This document shows, piece after piece, positions 48,263-56,905 of a stretch of 64,000 nucleotides of DNA; the first letter of the stretch is position 1, and the number at the start of each line of letters is the position of its first letter. Location of the stretch: positions 92,202 through 156,201 of the forward strand of contig JAFQOE010000058.1 in NCBI GenBank assembly GCA_017395635.1, in the 5' to 3' direction. A model generated the notes under the pieces. It saw only the letters and a program-made list of their open reading frames with translations, did no database searches and had not been told where the DNA came from. This DNA comes from Lachnospiraceae bacterium. Lineage in GTDB: Bacteria; Bacillota; Clostridia; Lachnospirales; Lachnospiraceae. A program made the translations under genes and the position numbers.

Positions 48263-48802
48263 ATGACAATAGAGAAAGATTGTTTGGTTGAAATATATAC
48301 AAAAAATGAAGATAGTTTTAGTGTTGGAAAAGTTTTTTGCCAAAATAGCGATAGTGTAGTTTTTTTTAATGTTGATGAGCAAGGTAAAATATCAGGCTAT
48401 TATGCTGTGAAAAAGAATAGCATAACAAATATATTGACTGATACAGAATATTTGTGGAAATTAGAACAGTACATGCAATATGGAATTGAAAATACATATA
48501 AATCATGGTTTGATTTGAAGGAAATTAATTTAGATGTAGAGCAGTCTTTGTTTGTTCAAGTGCTAAAGCATGCAAAGTCTAGCGGAATTATAGTGTCGTT
48601 AGGAATGATTTATGAAGAAACAATTGAAACTGGATATGTCACGGAATTGGCACAAGATAGTATCGTATTAGAGTGTGTTGATATAGAAAATGCAGATGTA
48701 TTGGAAAAGAAACTAATTAAAACTGATGAAATATTTTTTGTTGAGTTTGAGAGTATAGACAACATTTTGTTGCAGTATGCAAATAGAAAAAGAAATAATT
48801 AG
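48263..48802 (+). CDS. Cytoplasmic protein (179 aa) with two similar ~80-aa halves; possible cognate immunity/partner protein
   Basis: ATG 48263 lies just downstream of the preceding stop (the ORF-track ORF from 48236 overlaps the upstream gene end). No signal peptide. No recognised motif. Confidence 0.5.
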   Translation: MTIEKDCLVEIYTKNEDSFSVGKVFCQNSDSVVFFNVDEQGKISGYYAVKKNSITNILTDTEYLWKLEQYMQYGIENTYKSWFDLKEINLDVEQSLFVQVLKHAKSSGIIVSLGMIYEETIETGYVTELAQDSIVLECVDIENADVLEKKLIKTDEIFFVEFESIDNILLQYANRKRNN

Positions 48803-48911
48803 TATTTTTTGAATTATTTTGTGGCAAATTGCTCCGAAAGAATCGCACTGCGGCGAAGTTGTAGATGTTGTTAAAGCAACCCGCCGCAGGTGGAGAATGT
48901 CGCAAGCATTC

Positions 48912-48972
48912 AGATGGTAGTCAGTCTGGAAGAATAAATATACAAACAAGAGTTTTTGGGATATAATAAAGG
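48912..48972 (+). repeat. ~60-nt promoter-like module, copy B
   Basis: AGATGGTAGTCAGTCTGGAAGAATAAATATACAAACAAGAGTTTTTGGGATATAATAAAGG. It differs from copy A at only a few positions. Confidence 0.75.
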
Positions 48973-49002
48973 AAGTGAATTAATATATGGAAAGGAAGTA
49001 TT

Positions 49003-49332
49003 ATGGAGAACTTCACAGTATATTGGAAAGATGAAAAAACTGCATATGTGGATCTGACCGGTCCCACTGTTAAAATTACCCGATACATCAAACACCCTGT
49101 AAAACAGATTTTTGCAAAAGATGAAATGAGTCGTTATGACTTTGGAGAAATTTTGAAATCTCGCTGTTGGGATGAACACAGGGATAACATTGATAAATAT
49201 TTGGAAAAAATGGAATTAGACGAATATAATCCGTACGAAATTGTCAAACATACCCATGGTGTAATGTTTGGAAGTTTTATCTGGTTTCGATTCGATGGTG
49301 AAACAATAACTGCAAAGGATGTGTTACTATGA
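49003..49332 (+). CDS. HipA N-terminal-domain-like protein (HipS-like, 109 aa)
   Basis: RBS GGAAAGGAAG. FTVYWKDEKTAYVDLTG..VKITRY and ...THGVMFGSFIWFRFDGE resemble the HipA N-subdomain pattern. 4-nt ATGA overlap with the kinase gene. Confidence 0.5.
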   Translation: MENFTVYWKDEKTAYVDLTGPTVKITRYIKHPVKQIFAKDEMSRYDFGEILKSRCWDEHRDNIDKYLEKMELDEYNPYEIVKHTHGVMFGSFIWFRFDGETITAKDVLL

Positions 49333-50084
49333 GACAGATTCATATTGGGCAAGAGTATGCTGTCAATATAGATGGAACAAGCGACGGTACACAGGATAAA
49401 TATTATAAGGATGGTATATGGTACAAAACAGATCGTTTCGGAGGAGAAGGCTTTAATGAATATGTTGCATCGCGAATTCTGGAATGTACTTCTATCCAGA
49501 ATTTTGTAAAGTATGAAGAAGTGGAAATTAATGGAATAGCAGGATGTCAAAGTGCTAATTTCTTAGCAGATGATGAAGAATATATTTCTATATATCGTTT
49601 ACATCAGAATCTGATTGGAACGAATATTGCCAATTTGTTGTATAAGATGGATTTTGATGACCAGTATGATTATTTGTCTCGTTTTGTGAAAGAGGAAACG
49701 AACCTAGAGTTATCCCATGTAGTAGGAGAAATATTTTTTGTTGATAACTTGATTTTAAATGAAGATCGGCATTTGAATAATATTGGATTTATATATGATG
49801 GTAACAAGTTCAGACCAGCTCCTATTTTTGATAATGGAAAGTCCTTCTTTTGTGGGAATAAACGTTATGATGCCAGCAAAACACTTAAAGAGAATATGGC
49901 ACAGACTAAAATCCAACCATTTAAATTACCAAGACGATTACTGCTAAAAAAGTTTCCGGTTGAAGTGTCATGGGACTGGGATAAGGTACAAAGCCTATTA
50001 GATGAGTTAGAATATCGTCCGTTACATCAAGAGGTGTTACTGACGCAGATACAGCCATACATGGATAAGTGTGGAATCAAGTAA
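49329..50084 (+). CDS. HipA_C-type Ser/Thr kinase core (HipT-like, 251 aa)
   Basis: GTQDKYYK (Gly-rich loop, G-x-Q-x-K), LILNEDRHLNNIGFI (D-x-H-x-x-N catalytic loop), APIFDNG (metal-binding Asp). Confidence 0.7.
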   Translation: MRQIHIGQEYAVNIDGTSDGTQDKYYKDGIWYKTDRFGGEGFNEYVASRILECTSIQNFVKYEEVEINGIAGCQSANFLADDEEYISIYRLHQNLIGTNIANLLYKMDFDDQYDYLSRFVKEETNLELSHVVGEIFFVDNLILNEDRHLNNIGFIYDGNKFRPAPIFDNGKSFFCGNKRYDASKTLKENMAQTKIQPFKLPRRLLLKKFPVEVSWDWDKVQSLLDELEYRPLHQEVLLTQIQPYMDKCGIK

Positions 50085-50209
50085 CTATGAACGTACGGAA
50101 TAGCTACGTATAGTTATAAAGGAATGATGATAAGGATATAAAATATCAATAAGAAAGACTCCTATTCGTTACATATAAAGTTAGCGGATGGGAGTTGTTT
50201 ATATTATAG

Positions 50210-50238
50210 GAAATTCTTCTGCGTATTGTAAGAATTTC
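50210..50238 (+). terminator. Hairpin terminator after the kinase gene
   Basis: GAAATTCTT / AAGAATTTC stem followed by TTAATTTTT. Confidence 0.5.
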
Positions 50239-50493
50239 TTAATTTTTCTTTTGACAATTTCGTAACTATTCTCTTGTAATATACCATTTAGTACATAGGA
50301 TGCAAAGTAGCTTGTTATAAAAATAACTATAATGTACTAGAAGCAAACGGTCATAAAGAGGGTAAATGAGGAGCTCAAGGATAAAGTATGCAAAAGATGA
50401 GTCGACTATTCTTGGAAAAATATGCAAGAAAAAGTGCTATTCCTTGCGAAATTTTCAAGGTTGCCGTATAGTAGGGAATGAGGTGATAAAAAT

Positions 50494-51183
50494 ATGACAA
50501 TATTAGTTTGCGATGATGACAAAGAAATAGTGGAGGCGATTTCCATTTACTTAAAGCAGGAAGGATACGATGTAGTACCTGCTTATAACGGAAAGGAAGC
50601 CTTACAGTTGATGAAGGAGAAAGAGATTCATCTGGTGATTTTAGACATTATGATGCCAGAATTAGACGGAATTCATGCGTTGCTGAAGCTTCGTGAGAAT
50701 AGTTCCATTCCGGTCATTCTGCTCTCTGCGAAGTCAGAGGATGTGGACAAGATTCTCGGTTTAAATGTGGGCGCGGACGACTACATGACGAAACCATTTA
50801 ATCCGTTGGAATTGGTTGCCAGAGTGAAATCCCAGTTGCGCCGTTACACCCAGCTTGGTGGTATGGAGCAAGGAAATGAATCTGTTTTAGTAAATGGTGC
50901 CATTACCATGGATACCGACCAAAAGACTGTATCGGTAGATGGTGAGTTAAGGAAATTGACACCAACGGAATTCAAGATTTTGCAGTTGCTAATGGAAAAT
51001 GTAGGAACGGTATTTTCTTCTGCACAGATATATGAGCGTATCTGGGAAGAGGATGCTTTTGCGACCGATAATATTGTTTCGGTACATATTCGAAGAATCA
51101 GGGAAAAGATAGAGATTGATCCAAAGAACCCGGATTATATTAAGGTTATGTGGGGCGTTGGATACCGTATGGAGAAGAAGTGA
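50494..51183 (+). CDS. OmpR/PhoB-family response regulator
   Basis: ILVCDDD...LDIMMPELDG receiver domain. C-terminal winged helix ...VHIRRIREKIE...IKVMWGVGYR. Confidence 0.9.
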   Translation: MTILVCDDDKEIVEAISIYLKQEGYDVVPAYNGKEALQLMKEKEIHLVILDIMMPELDGIHALLKLRENSSIPVILLSAKSEDVDKILGLNVGADDYMTKPFNPLELVARVKSQLRRYTQLGGMEQGNESVLVNGAITMDTDQKTVSVDGELRKLTPTEFKILQLLMENVGTVFSSAQIYERIWEEDAFATDNIVSVHIRRIREKIEIDPKNPDYIKVMWGVGYRMEKK

Positions 51184-51199
51184 TTAGAAAGGAGTCATT

Positions 51200-54094
51200 A
51201 TGAAAGAGAAAAAGCAAACGAATCGATTGTCATATTCTGATTTTGGGAAATTTTTTCGTGGATTGTTATGTATGGTAACATTTGGTGTATTCTGTGCCAG
51301 TTCAATGTTGACAATATATGCACTGGAAAATTACGGAGATAGGATTATTACTAATCCGGCTGATCATTATACGGATACCAGTCGGTATGAGGTAGATGTA
51401 ATAGATGAAATCAATCACATACTGTACAATATTAATCAGATAGAAGAGAGTAATGTGTCGGAAGGTAATGTTTCTGTATTGAATATGTCAGAAGAATCAG
51501 TCCATTATTATGATATAGAAGCACTTTACAATGATGAATTTTACCCGGACAATATAGAAAATTTGTCGGCGTATGAAAAAAGTGAACCGTTGTCATTGGA
51601 AGGCAAAGATTTAATGAGTTATGATCAGATGAAGGAGTATCTGATGGCTGATGATTTATCATTTGAATATATATATTTTGATGAATCATCATTTATAGAA
51701 TTATTTAAAAGAGATGGTTTGCAAAACACGGATTGTCGGTTTTCAGAAGAGTTTTCAGAAGATGCATATTTCATTTTTGAGAATTATGAAGTAACGAAAA
51801 AACAGAAGGTTCTTGATACAGAGGAAGTAACAGAGTCTACAGAACAAAATGTCGAGAGTACAACTGAGGAGATATCGTCTGAAACGAATGCAGAAGTAAC
51901 AAAAGAGAGCGCAAAAACGGAAGAGACTACGGAATATGAATTAGAAATTAGCGTAGGAAGTGATGGAAAAGTAGTAAAAGAGACAATAGTAGAAACGGAA
52001 GAAGTGATTATAACGCCATATAATTTTACTTCCTATGCGGTGTATGAACCGGAGGACAAACTATTTTATTCAACCTGGGATAACTATTTTAGAGATATTG
52101 CCTCCTATATCTACCGGGCACAAGAGCTTCGTTTGTTTATAGAAACTGCAGAAAAAGAAGGCATTTATTATAACAGCATCATAATGCCATTGTTGAAAAG
52201 TTATAATATGCAAATAAATGAAGTTATGAATGAAGAATATGTTCCTTATTCTAACATGGGCGGAGCAAAAGGAGAGTTGCAATTTTGTGAGGATGCAGGG
52301 ATCTATTATTGTGTAAAATTGGATGAGTCCATAACTTACAGTAATGTAAAAAGCGAGCACGATATTGAGAAAATGAAGCGGTTTTACCGTATAGAAAAGA
52401 TAGAGGATGATGAATTTAAACAGACGCACAGTAATAATTTAAAGGACTTGGATGATTTGAATCTTCTGTTAGATGCAATGTCTACTTATCCGGTTGGAAC
52501 TGTATTGTGGCTAGGTATTGAGTCGACAAATGATAATATAACCAGTCTCGCCCAACGTGTGGAGGGATATTACTGGTTTGCCAATAACAGTCTTATATTA
52601 GTAATCGTAGTAGCGGTTAGTTTTATATTGTTAATGATGCAGGCAGTATGGCTTATTTGTACGACAGGACGTAAGTATAAAGGTGATACAGAGGTAGAGT
52701 TAAGTTTCTTTGATCGCTGGTACACCGATATTTGGGCAGTGGTTACTGTAGCAATTTTGTTGGTATGTATCGCTGGTGGATTGTTAATACTTGAGTCGGT
52801 CATTTATGAATGTACAAAAGAAATGATGTGCTTTTATTCTATTGTTGGAATGCTACCATTTGGTTTCTGTTTCATGATATTGACCTTAAGCTTTGCAAGA
52901 CGTATTAAGGCACATAATATATGGAATCGTTTGTTGATTGTGGAGTTTGTGAAATATATTGATAAAACGATTCAGAACGGAAAGGAAGATAAAAAGGATA
53001 ACGAACAAGAGGGAAGAACGAATAAAAAATCTTCTGTTATAGTCGAAAAACTTTCGCAAGCATGGAGACGTTGCAAGGAAGCCTATTACAATATTAAGGG
53101 AACCAGAAAACTCTTGATTATATTTGTAATCTACATCATTTTAGAGCTTATCATAGTGGTTGTAATGATGGATCATGTATATGCAAGAGGGCAGTGTATG
53201 TTGGCATTTTGTGCATTACAGATTATAGCGCTTTTCTTGGTTGTATGGGTGGTAAAGGATATTGATAAGCTGACGGATGGTGTAAAGGAAATCACCCGGG
53301 GCAACTTAGACAGTAAGGTTGAGATTAATGAAAAACTTAGTGTGTTTGATGATTTGGCTAACGGAATCAATCATATCGGTGATGGTTTGAAAAATGCGGT
53401 GGAAACCTCTTTGAAGGATGAACGTATGAAAACAGAGCTGATTACCAATGTGTCCCATGATTTGAAAACACCGCTTACTTCCATTATTAATTATGTGAGC
53501 CTGTTGAAAAAGCAGGATATGCCAAATGAAGATGCTAAGCACTACGTTGAAGTGTTAGATGGTAAAGCACAGCGATTAAAACAGCTTACAGAAGACTTGG
53601 TAGAAGCTGCAAAGGCGACTTCAGGAAATATTGAATTAGAAATGATGCCTCTTACTTTTGATGAACTTATGAAACAGGCATTAGGCGAGTTTGAGGATAA
53701 GTTTGAGAAGCGAAATCTCACGATTATTGCCAACTATCTTGAAAAGCCGGCTGTGGTAATGGCAGATGGAAGACGATTATTCCGTATCATTGAGAATGTA
53801 TTACAGAACATCTACAAATACGCAATGGAAGGAACCAGGGTTTATGCAGACTTGACAAGAGAAGGCGATAAGATCGTATTTACTCTGAAAAATGTGTCAG
53901 CAGCACCACTCAACATTAGCCCGGATGAATTGATGGAACGATTCACCAGAGGGGATTCTTCCAGAACCACAGAAGGTAGCGGTTTGGGATTATCCATTGC
54001 AAAGGATTTGACCAGATTGCAGAATGGTGAATTCGAGATACAGTTAGATGGAGATTTGTTCAAGGTGATTATCCGGTTTCCGGAGCATAAATAA
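51200..54094 (+). CDS. Sensor histidine kinase with a very large (~430 aa) acidic extracytoplasmic domain
   Basis: HAMP segment, H-box LITNVSHDLKTPLTSI, N-box and G-box (GSGLGLSIAKD). Confidence 0.9.
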   Translation: MKEKKQTNRLSYSDFGKFFRGLLCMVTFGVFCASSMLTIYALENYGDRIITNPADHYTDTSRYEVDVIDEINHILYNINQIEESNVSEGNVSVLNMSEESVHYYDIEALYNDEFYPDNIENLSAYEKSEPLSLEGKDLMSYDQMKEYLMADDLSFEYIYFDESSFIELFKRDGLQNTDCRFSEEFSEDAYFIFENYEVTKKQKVLDTEEVTESTEQNVESTTEEISSETNAEVTKESAKTEETTEYELEISVGSDGKVVKETIVETEEVIITPYNFTSYAVYEPEDKLFYSTWDNYFRDIASYIYRAQELRLFIETAEKEGIYYNSIIMPLLKSYNMQINEVMNEEYVPYSNMGGAKGELQFCEDAGIYYCVKLDESITYSNVKSEHDIEKMKRFYRIEKIEDDEFKQTHSNNLKDLDDLNLLLDAMSTYPVGTVLWLGIESTNDNITSLAQRVEGYYWFANNSLILVIVVAVSFILLMMQAVWLICTTGRKYKGDTEVELSFFDRWYTDIWAVVTVAILLVCIAGGLLILESVIYECTKEMMCFYSIVGMLPFGFCFMILTLSFARRIKAHNIWNRLLIVEFVKYIDKTIQNGKEDKKDNEQEGRTNKKSSVIVEKLSQAWRRCKEAYYNIKGTRKLLIIFVIYIILELIIVVVMMDHVYARGQCMLAFCALQIIALFLVVWVVKDIDKLTDGVKEITRGNLDSKVEINEKLSVFDDLANGINHIGDGLKNAVETSLKDERMKTELITNVSHDLKTPLTSIINYVSLLKKQDMPNEDAKHYVEVLDGKAQRLKQLTEDLVEAAKATSGNIELEMMPLTFDELMKQALGEFEDKFEKRNLTIIANYLEKPAVVMADGRRLFRIIENVLQNIYKYAMEGTRVYADLTREGDKIVFTLKNVSAAPLNISPDELMERFTRGDSSRTTEGSGLGLSIAKDLTRLQNGEFEIQLDGDLFKVIIRFPEHK

Positions 54095-54138
54095 CAAATA
54101 GAGTATACCATCCTGACGTTGTCAAATGTTGAAAACAT

Positions 54139-54188
54139 AGAGTTTGTTTGCAAACTCTTCGCGTACGAGCGGTGTCCGAAGGACATAA
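54139..54188 (-). repeat. Hairpin repeat family R2, copy B (inverted)
   Basis: AGAGTTTGTTTGCAAACTCTTCGCGTACGAGCGGTGTCCGAAGGACAT is the reverse complement of a relative of 39572-39621. Confidence 0.7.
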
Positions 54189-54380
54189 AAAGAGGACTCT
54201 GACGATATTCGCGAAAACACTCAGAGTCCCCAAAACACAAGTACCTAGGATAAGCACCCAAGACAAGTGTATCACTTTTTCAGATAAATGTAAATTATTT
54301 TATTGATTTTTTTGTATAATAGGAATAAAATACCAATACGCAAATGATGCTGAATACACATAATAGGGAGGAAACTAATT

Positions 54381-55121
54381 ATGAAAAAAGTGAAGCGTTT
54401 TGGTGTAATGCTACTTACACTATCAATGGTAACTATGAGTTTCACAGCTTGTGGGAAAGCGACAGAAACAAGTACAGAGCCACAAACAGAAAGTCAGGTT
54501 GTAGCGGATGACACAACGGAAGCAGCAGAAACAACAGAGACGAGCGATGTGGAAACTGCAGAAACAACAAAGACGAGCGATGTGGAAACTGCAGAAACAA
54601 TAACAGCAGAGGAAGCTATCGAACTGGTTAAGGCAGAATTGGGAGACGAGTTTGGTTATGTGGCTGCCGATGAGCTTGAAGAAAAAGATGGCAGTCAGTA
54701 TTATGCAATTTATGTTCAGACACTTTTGGATGAAGGAAATGTAACAACACTTACTACATATTTGGTGAAAACAGATGGTTCAGAGTTGTTTGATAAATAT
54801 GTTGAAACCCTTTATGTTGGAGAATATGTTCATACAGGTGAAACAGGAGAAACGATATTCAAGGTTTTTGAAGATAACACCTTTGAGATGGTTACAACCG
54901 GTGTTGTAAATCAGGTGGTTAGTGGAACTTATGAATTTGGAGTTACAGATAGTGCAACTGTTTTTGTGTTGAATTTATATCCTCAAAAAATTGTTACAAA
55001 ATCGGATGATACAGCGACAGAAGAGGAAGTAACAGATGTACAGGGTACTGCAGTTATTGAAGATGGAACGCTTACATTAAGTATGGAAAGCGAAGAAACT
55101 ATTTTTACAAAAACAAATTAA
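54381..55121 (+). CDS. Lipoprotein with an acidic Thr/Glu-rich tandem-repeat linker
   Basis: Lipobox MSFTAC. A 33-bp unit is repeated at 54525-54557 and 54558-54590, with a partial third copy. Confidence 0.7.
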   Translation: MKKVKRFGVMLLTLSMVTMSFTACGKATETSTEPQTESQVVADDTTEAAETTETSDVETAETTKTSDVETAETITAEEAIELVKAELGDEFGYVAADELEEKDGSQYYAIYVQTLLDEGNVTTLTTYLVKTDGSELFDKYVETLYVGEYVHTGETGETIFKVFEDNTFEMVTTGVVNQVVSGTYEFGVTDSATVFVLNLYPQKIVTKSDDTATEEEVTDVQGTAVIEDGTLTLSMESEETIFTKTN

Positions 55122-55142
55122 TGGATTTATATGAATGAAAAG

Positions 55143-55182
55143 AAGCCTGTAATCACTGGGGATTTGGTGATTACAGGCTTTT
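55143..55182 (+). terminator. Intrinsic terminator of the lipoprotein gene
   Basis: 14-bp stem AAGCCTGTAATCAC / GTGATTACAGGCTT followed by TTTT. Confidence 0.8.
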
Positions 55183-55184
55183 GT

Positions 55185-55266
55185 GTATACAATGAGCCAA
55201 GCAGACAAGCATGCTTGCATCCAGTTGTCTGTTTGGCGAATGTACATCATCGAGCTGATAAGCGAG
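55185..55266. repeat. R1-related mosaic repeat: conserved linkers with different hairpins
   Basis: Shares ACAATGAGCCAAG and TTTGGCGAATGTACATCA with 59537-59668, but the intervening stem-loops differ. Confidence 0.6.
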
Positions 55267-55310
55267 ATAGTGTACGAAGTATAAAATGGCTTAGTCAATT
55301 ATACAACACA

Positions 55311-55973
55311 TTATGCCAGATAATTGTACACCATCACAAAATGACATACACTACCAAGCATTACAAAACAGTGAAACAACTCGTGGTTTCCAAAATTCTT
55401 CCAGTTAACCTTTTTAAAGATAGGTAGCTTCAACGCATAGATGACACCGCCGATGGTATATATAATTCCACCTACCAGTAACCAAACAAATGCGGAGAAT
55501 GGTAAATTCTTGATAATAGAAGAAATTGCCACAACCGATAACCATCCCATTCCGATATACATTGCGGAAGATACCCAGCGCGGACAGGTAATCCAGAAGA
55601 TTTTGAACAAGGTTCCTATAATGGTAATAGTCCATACTGTAATTAAAAGAGGAATTCCTATATTCTTCGGTAATGCTATGAGACAAACCGGTGTATAAGA
55701 ACCGGAAATCATAACAAAAATCATTGCATGGTCAATTTTGCGGAGTAAAGTGTTTACCTTTTCAGAGATGTTAAATGTATGATAAATCGTGCTTGCAGCA
55801 TACAAAGCAACCATGCTTAGAATAAATATGGCAAACGAGCCGAGATGACCACGGTTATCTCCATGAGCGGCTTTAATCAGTAAGGGGGCAATGGCCAGGA
55901 TGGCGATTACCATACCGATAAAATGAGTGATAGCACTGCCGGGGTCTTTGAGTTTTGATATCAATGTATTCAT
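55311..55973 (-). CDS. Hemolysin III / PAQR-family membrane protein
   Basis: Seven TM segments. AITHFIG..., ASTIYH, DHAMIF, NHELFHCFVMLGSVCHF. Confidence 0.85.
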   Translation of the reverse strand: MNTLISKLKDPGSAITHFIGMVIAILAIAPLLIKAAHGDNRGHLGSFAIFILSMVALYAASTIYHTFNISEKVNTLLRKIDHAMIFVMISGSYTPVCLIALPKNIGIPLLITVWTITIIGTLFKIFWITCPRWVSSAMYIGMGWLSVVAISSIIKNLPFSAFVWLLVGGIIYTIGGVIYALKLPIFKKVNWKNFGNHELFHCFVMLGSVCHFVMVYNYLA

Positions 55974-56196
55974 AATGTCACAACCTTTCTTTTATTATCA
56001 GTATAAATAAAAAAACATATCTTTCTGTGGTGGTTTTTAACAAAACACAACGTAGTATTGAATACCACATGAGCTGTTTTTAATAATACTATTAATCTTT
56101 ATAATATGCAAGTGTTTTCTCAAATTATTCGGAAATAAGACATTTTTTTGCAGATAAATTTAATTAAATGGAAGATGGAAAGTATGGATGCTTTCA

Positions 56197-56225
56197 TTGA
56201 CAAAAATATTGCAATAAATTAATAT
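56197..56225 (+). promoter_or_regulatory. Sigma-70-type promoter
   Basis: TTGACA (56197-56202), 17-nt spacer, TAATAT (56220-56225), 32 nt upstream of the flavin reductase ATG. Confidence 0.55.
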
Positions 56226-56257
56226 GTAGATATCTGTGACAATAAAGGAGATAGATT

Positions 56258-56821
56258 ATGGGAAAGCAGTCTTGGAAACCAGGAAATATGTTATATCCGG
56301 TACCAGCGGTATTGGTAAGTTGTAGAGATAAAGCAGGTAATGACAATGTGTTAACTGTAGCATGGGCCGGAACTATTTGTTCTGATCCGGCAATGTTGTC
56401 CATTTCTGTTCGTAAGGAGAGATATTCGCATCCGATGATTATGGAAACAGGCGAGTTTGTTGTGAATCTGACAACAAAGGACTTGTTGCAGGCAACGGAT
56501 TATTGTGGAGTAAAGAGTGGTCGCGATGAGGACAAGTTTGCAGCGATGGGATTGACAAAAGGTGAGGCAGAAAAGGTAAATGTGCCAATTATTATGGAGA
56601 GTCCTGTGAATATTGAATGTAAAGTCAAACAGGTGTTAGAGCTTGGAAGTCATGATATGTTTATTGCTGAGGTTGTTAATGTTCAGATTTCAGATGAGTA
56701 TATGGACGAGAAGGGCGCATTTCATTTGAATGATGCAGAATTATTAGCCTATTCCCATGGTCAGTATTATGAATTAGGCAATAAACTCGGAACTTTTGGA
56801 TATTCTGTGAGAAAAAAGTAA
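56258..56821 (+). CDS. Flavin reductase-like FMN-binding domain protein
   Basis: PVPAVLVSC...NVLTVAWAGTICSDP...VNL pattern of the flavin reductase family. Confidence 0.7.
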   Translation: MGKQSWKPGNMLYPVPAVLVSCRDKAGNDNVLTVAWAGTICSDPAMLSISVRKERYSHPMIMETGEFVVNLTTKDLLQATDYCGVKSGRDEDKFAAMGLTKGEAEKVNVPIIMESPVNIECKVKQVLELGSHDMFIAEVVNVQISDEYMDEKGAFHLNDAELLAYSHGQYYELGNKLGTFGYSVRKK

Positions 56822-56905
56822 TTGGAAATAGTTTCTGCTAGGAAACAGGATGGGTAGGAAACGATAGAACTGAGATTAAGAAGTTTCCCGGAAGAGAGGA
56901 CAATT

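Noticed and set aside
50388-50471. 27-aa ORF (MQKMSRLFLEKYARKSAIPCEIFKVAV) upstream of the response regulator
   Set aside because: It has only a weak AAGGA RBS and no other support. The nearby TTGACA has no well-spaced -10 hexamer with the critical A at position 2.
53842-55427. ORFs 53842..54261(-), 54069..54275(-), 55077..55298(-) and 55131..55427(+)
   Set aside because: They run through REP-like hairpin clusters and terminators or through the ends of real genes. None has an RBS. The recurring peptide MMYIRQ is just the translation of a repeat linker.
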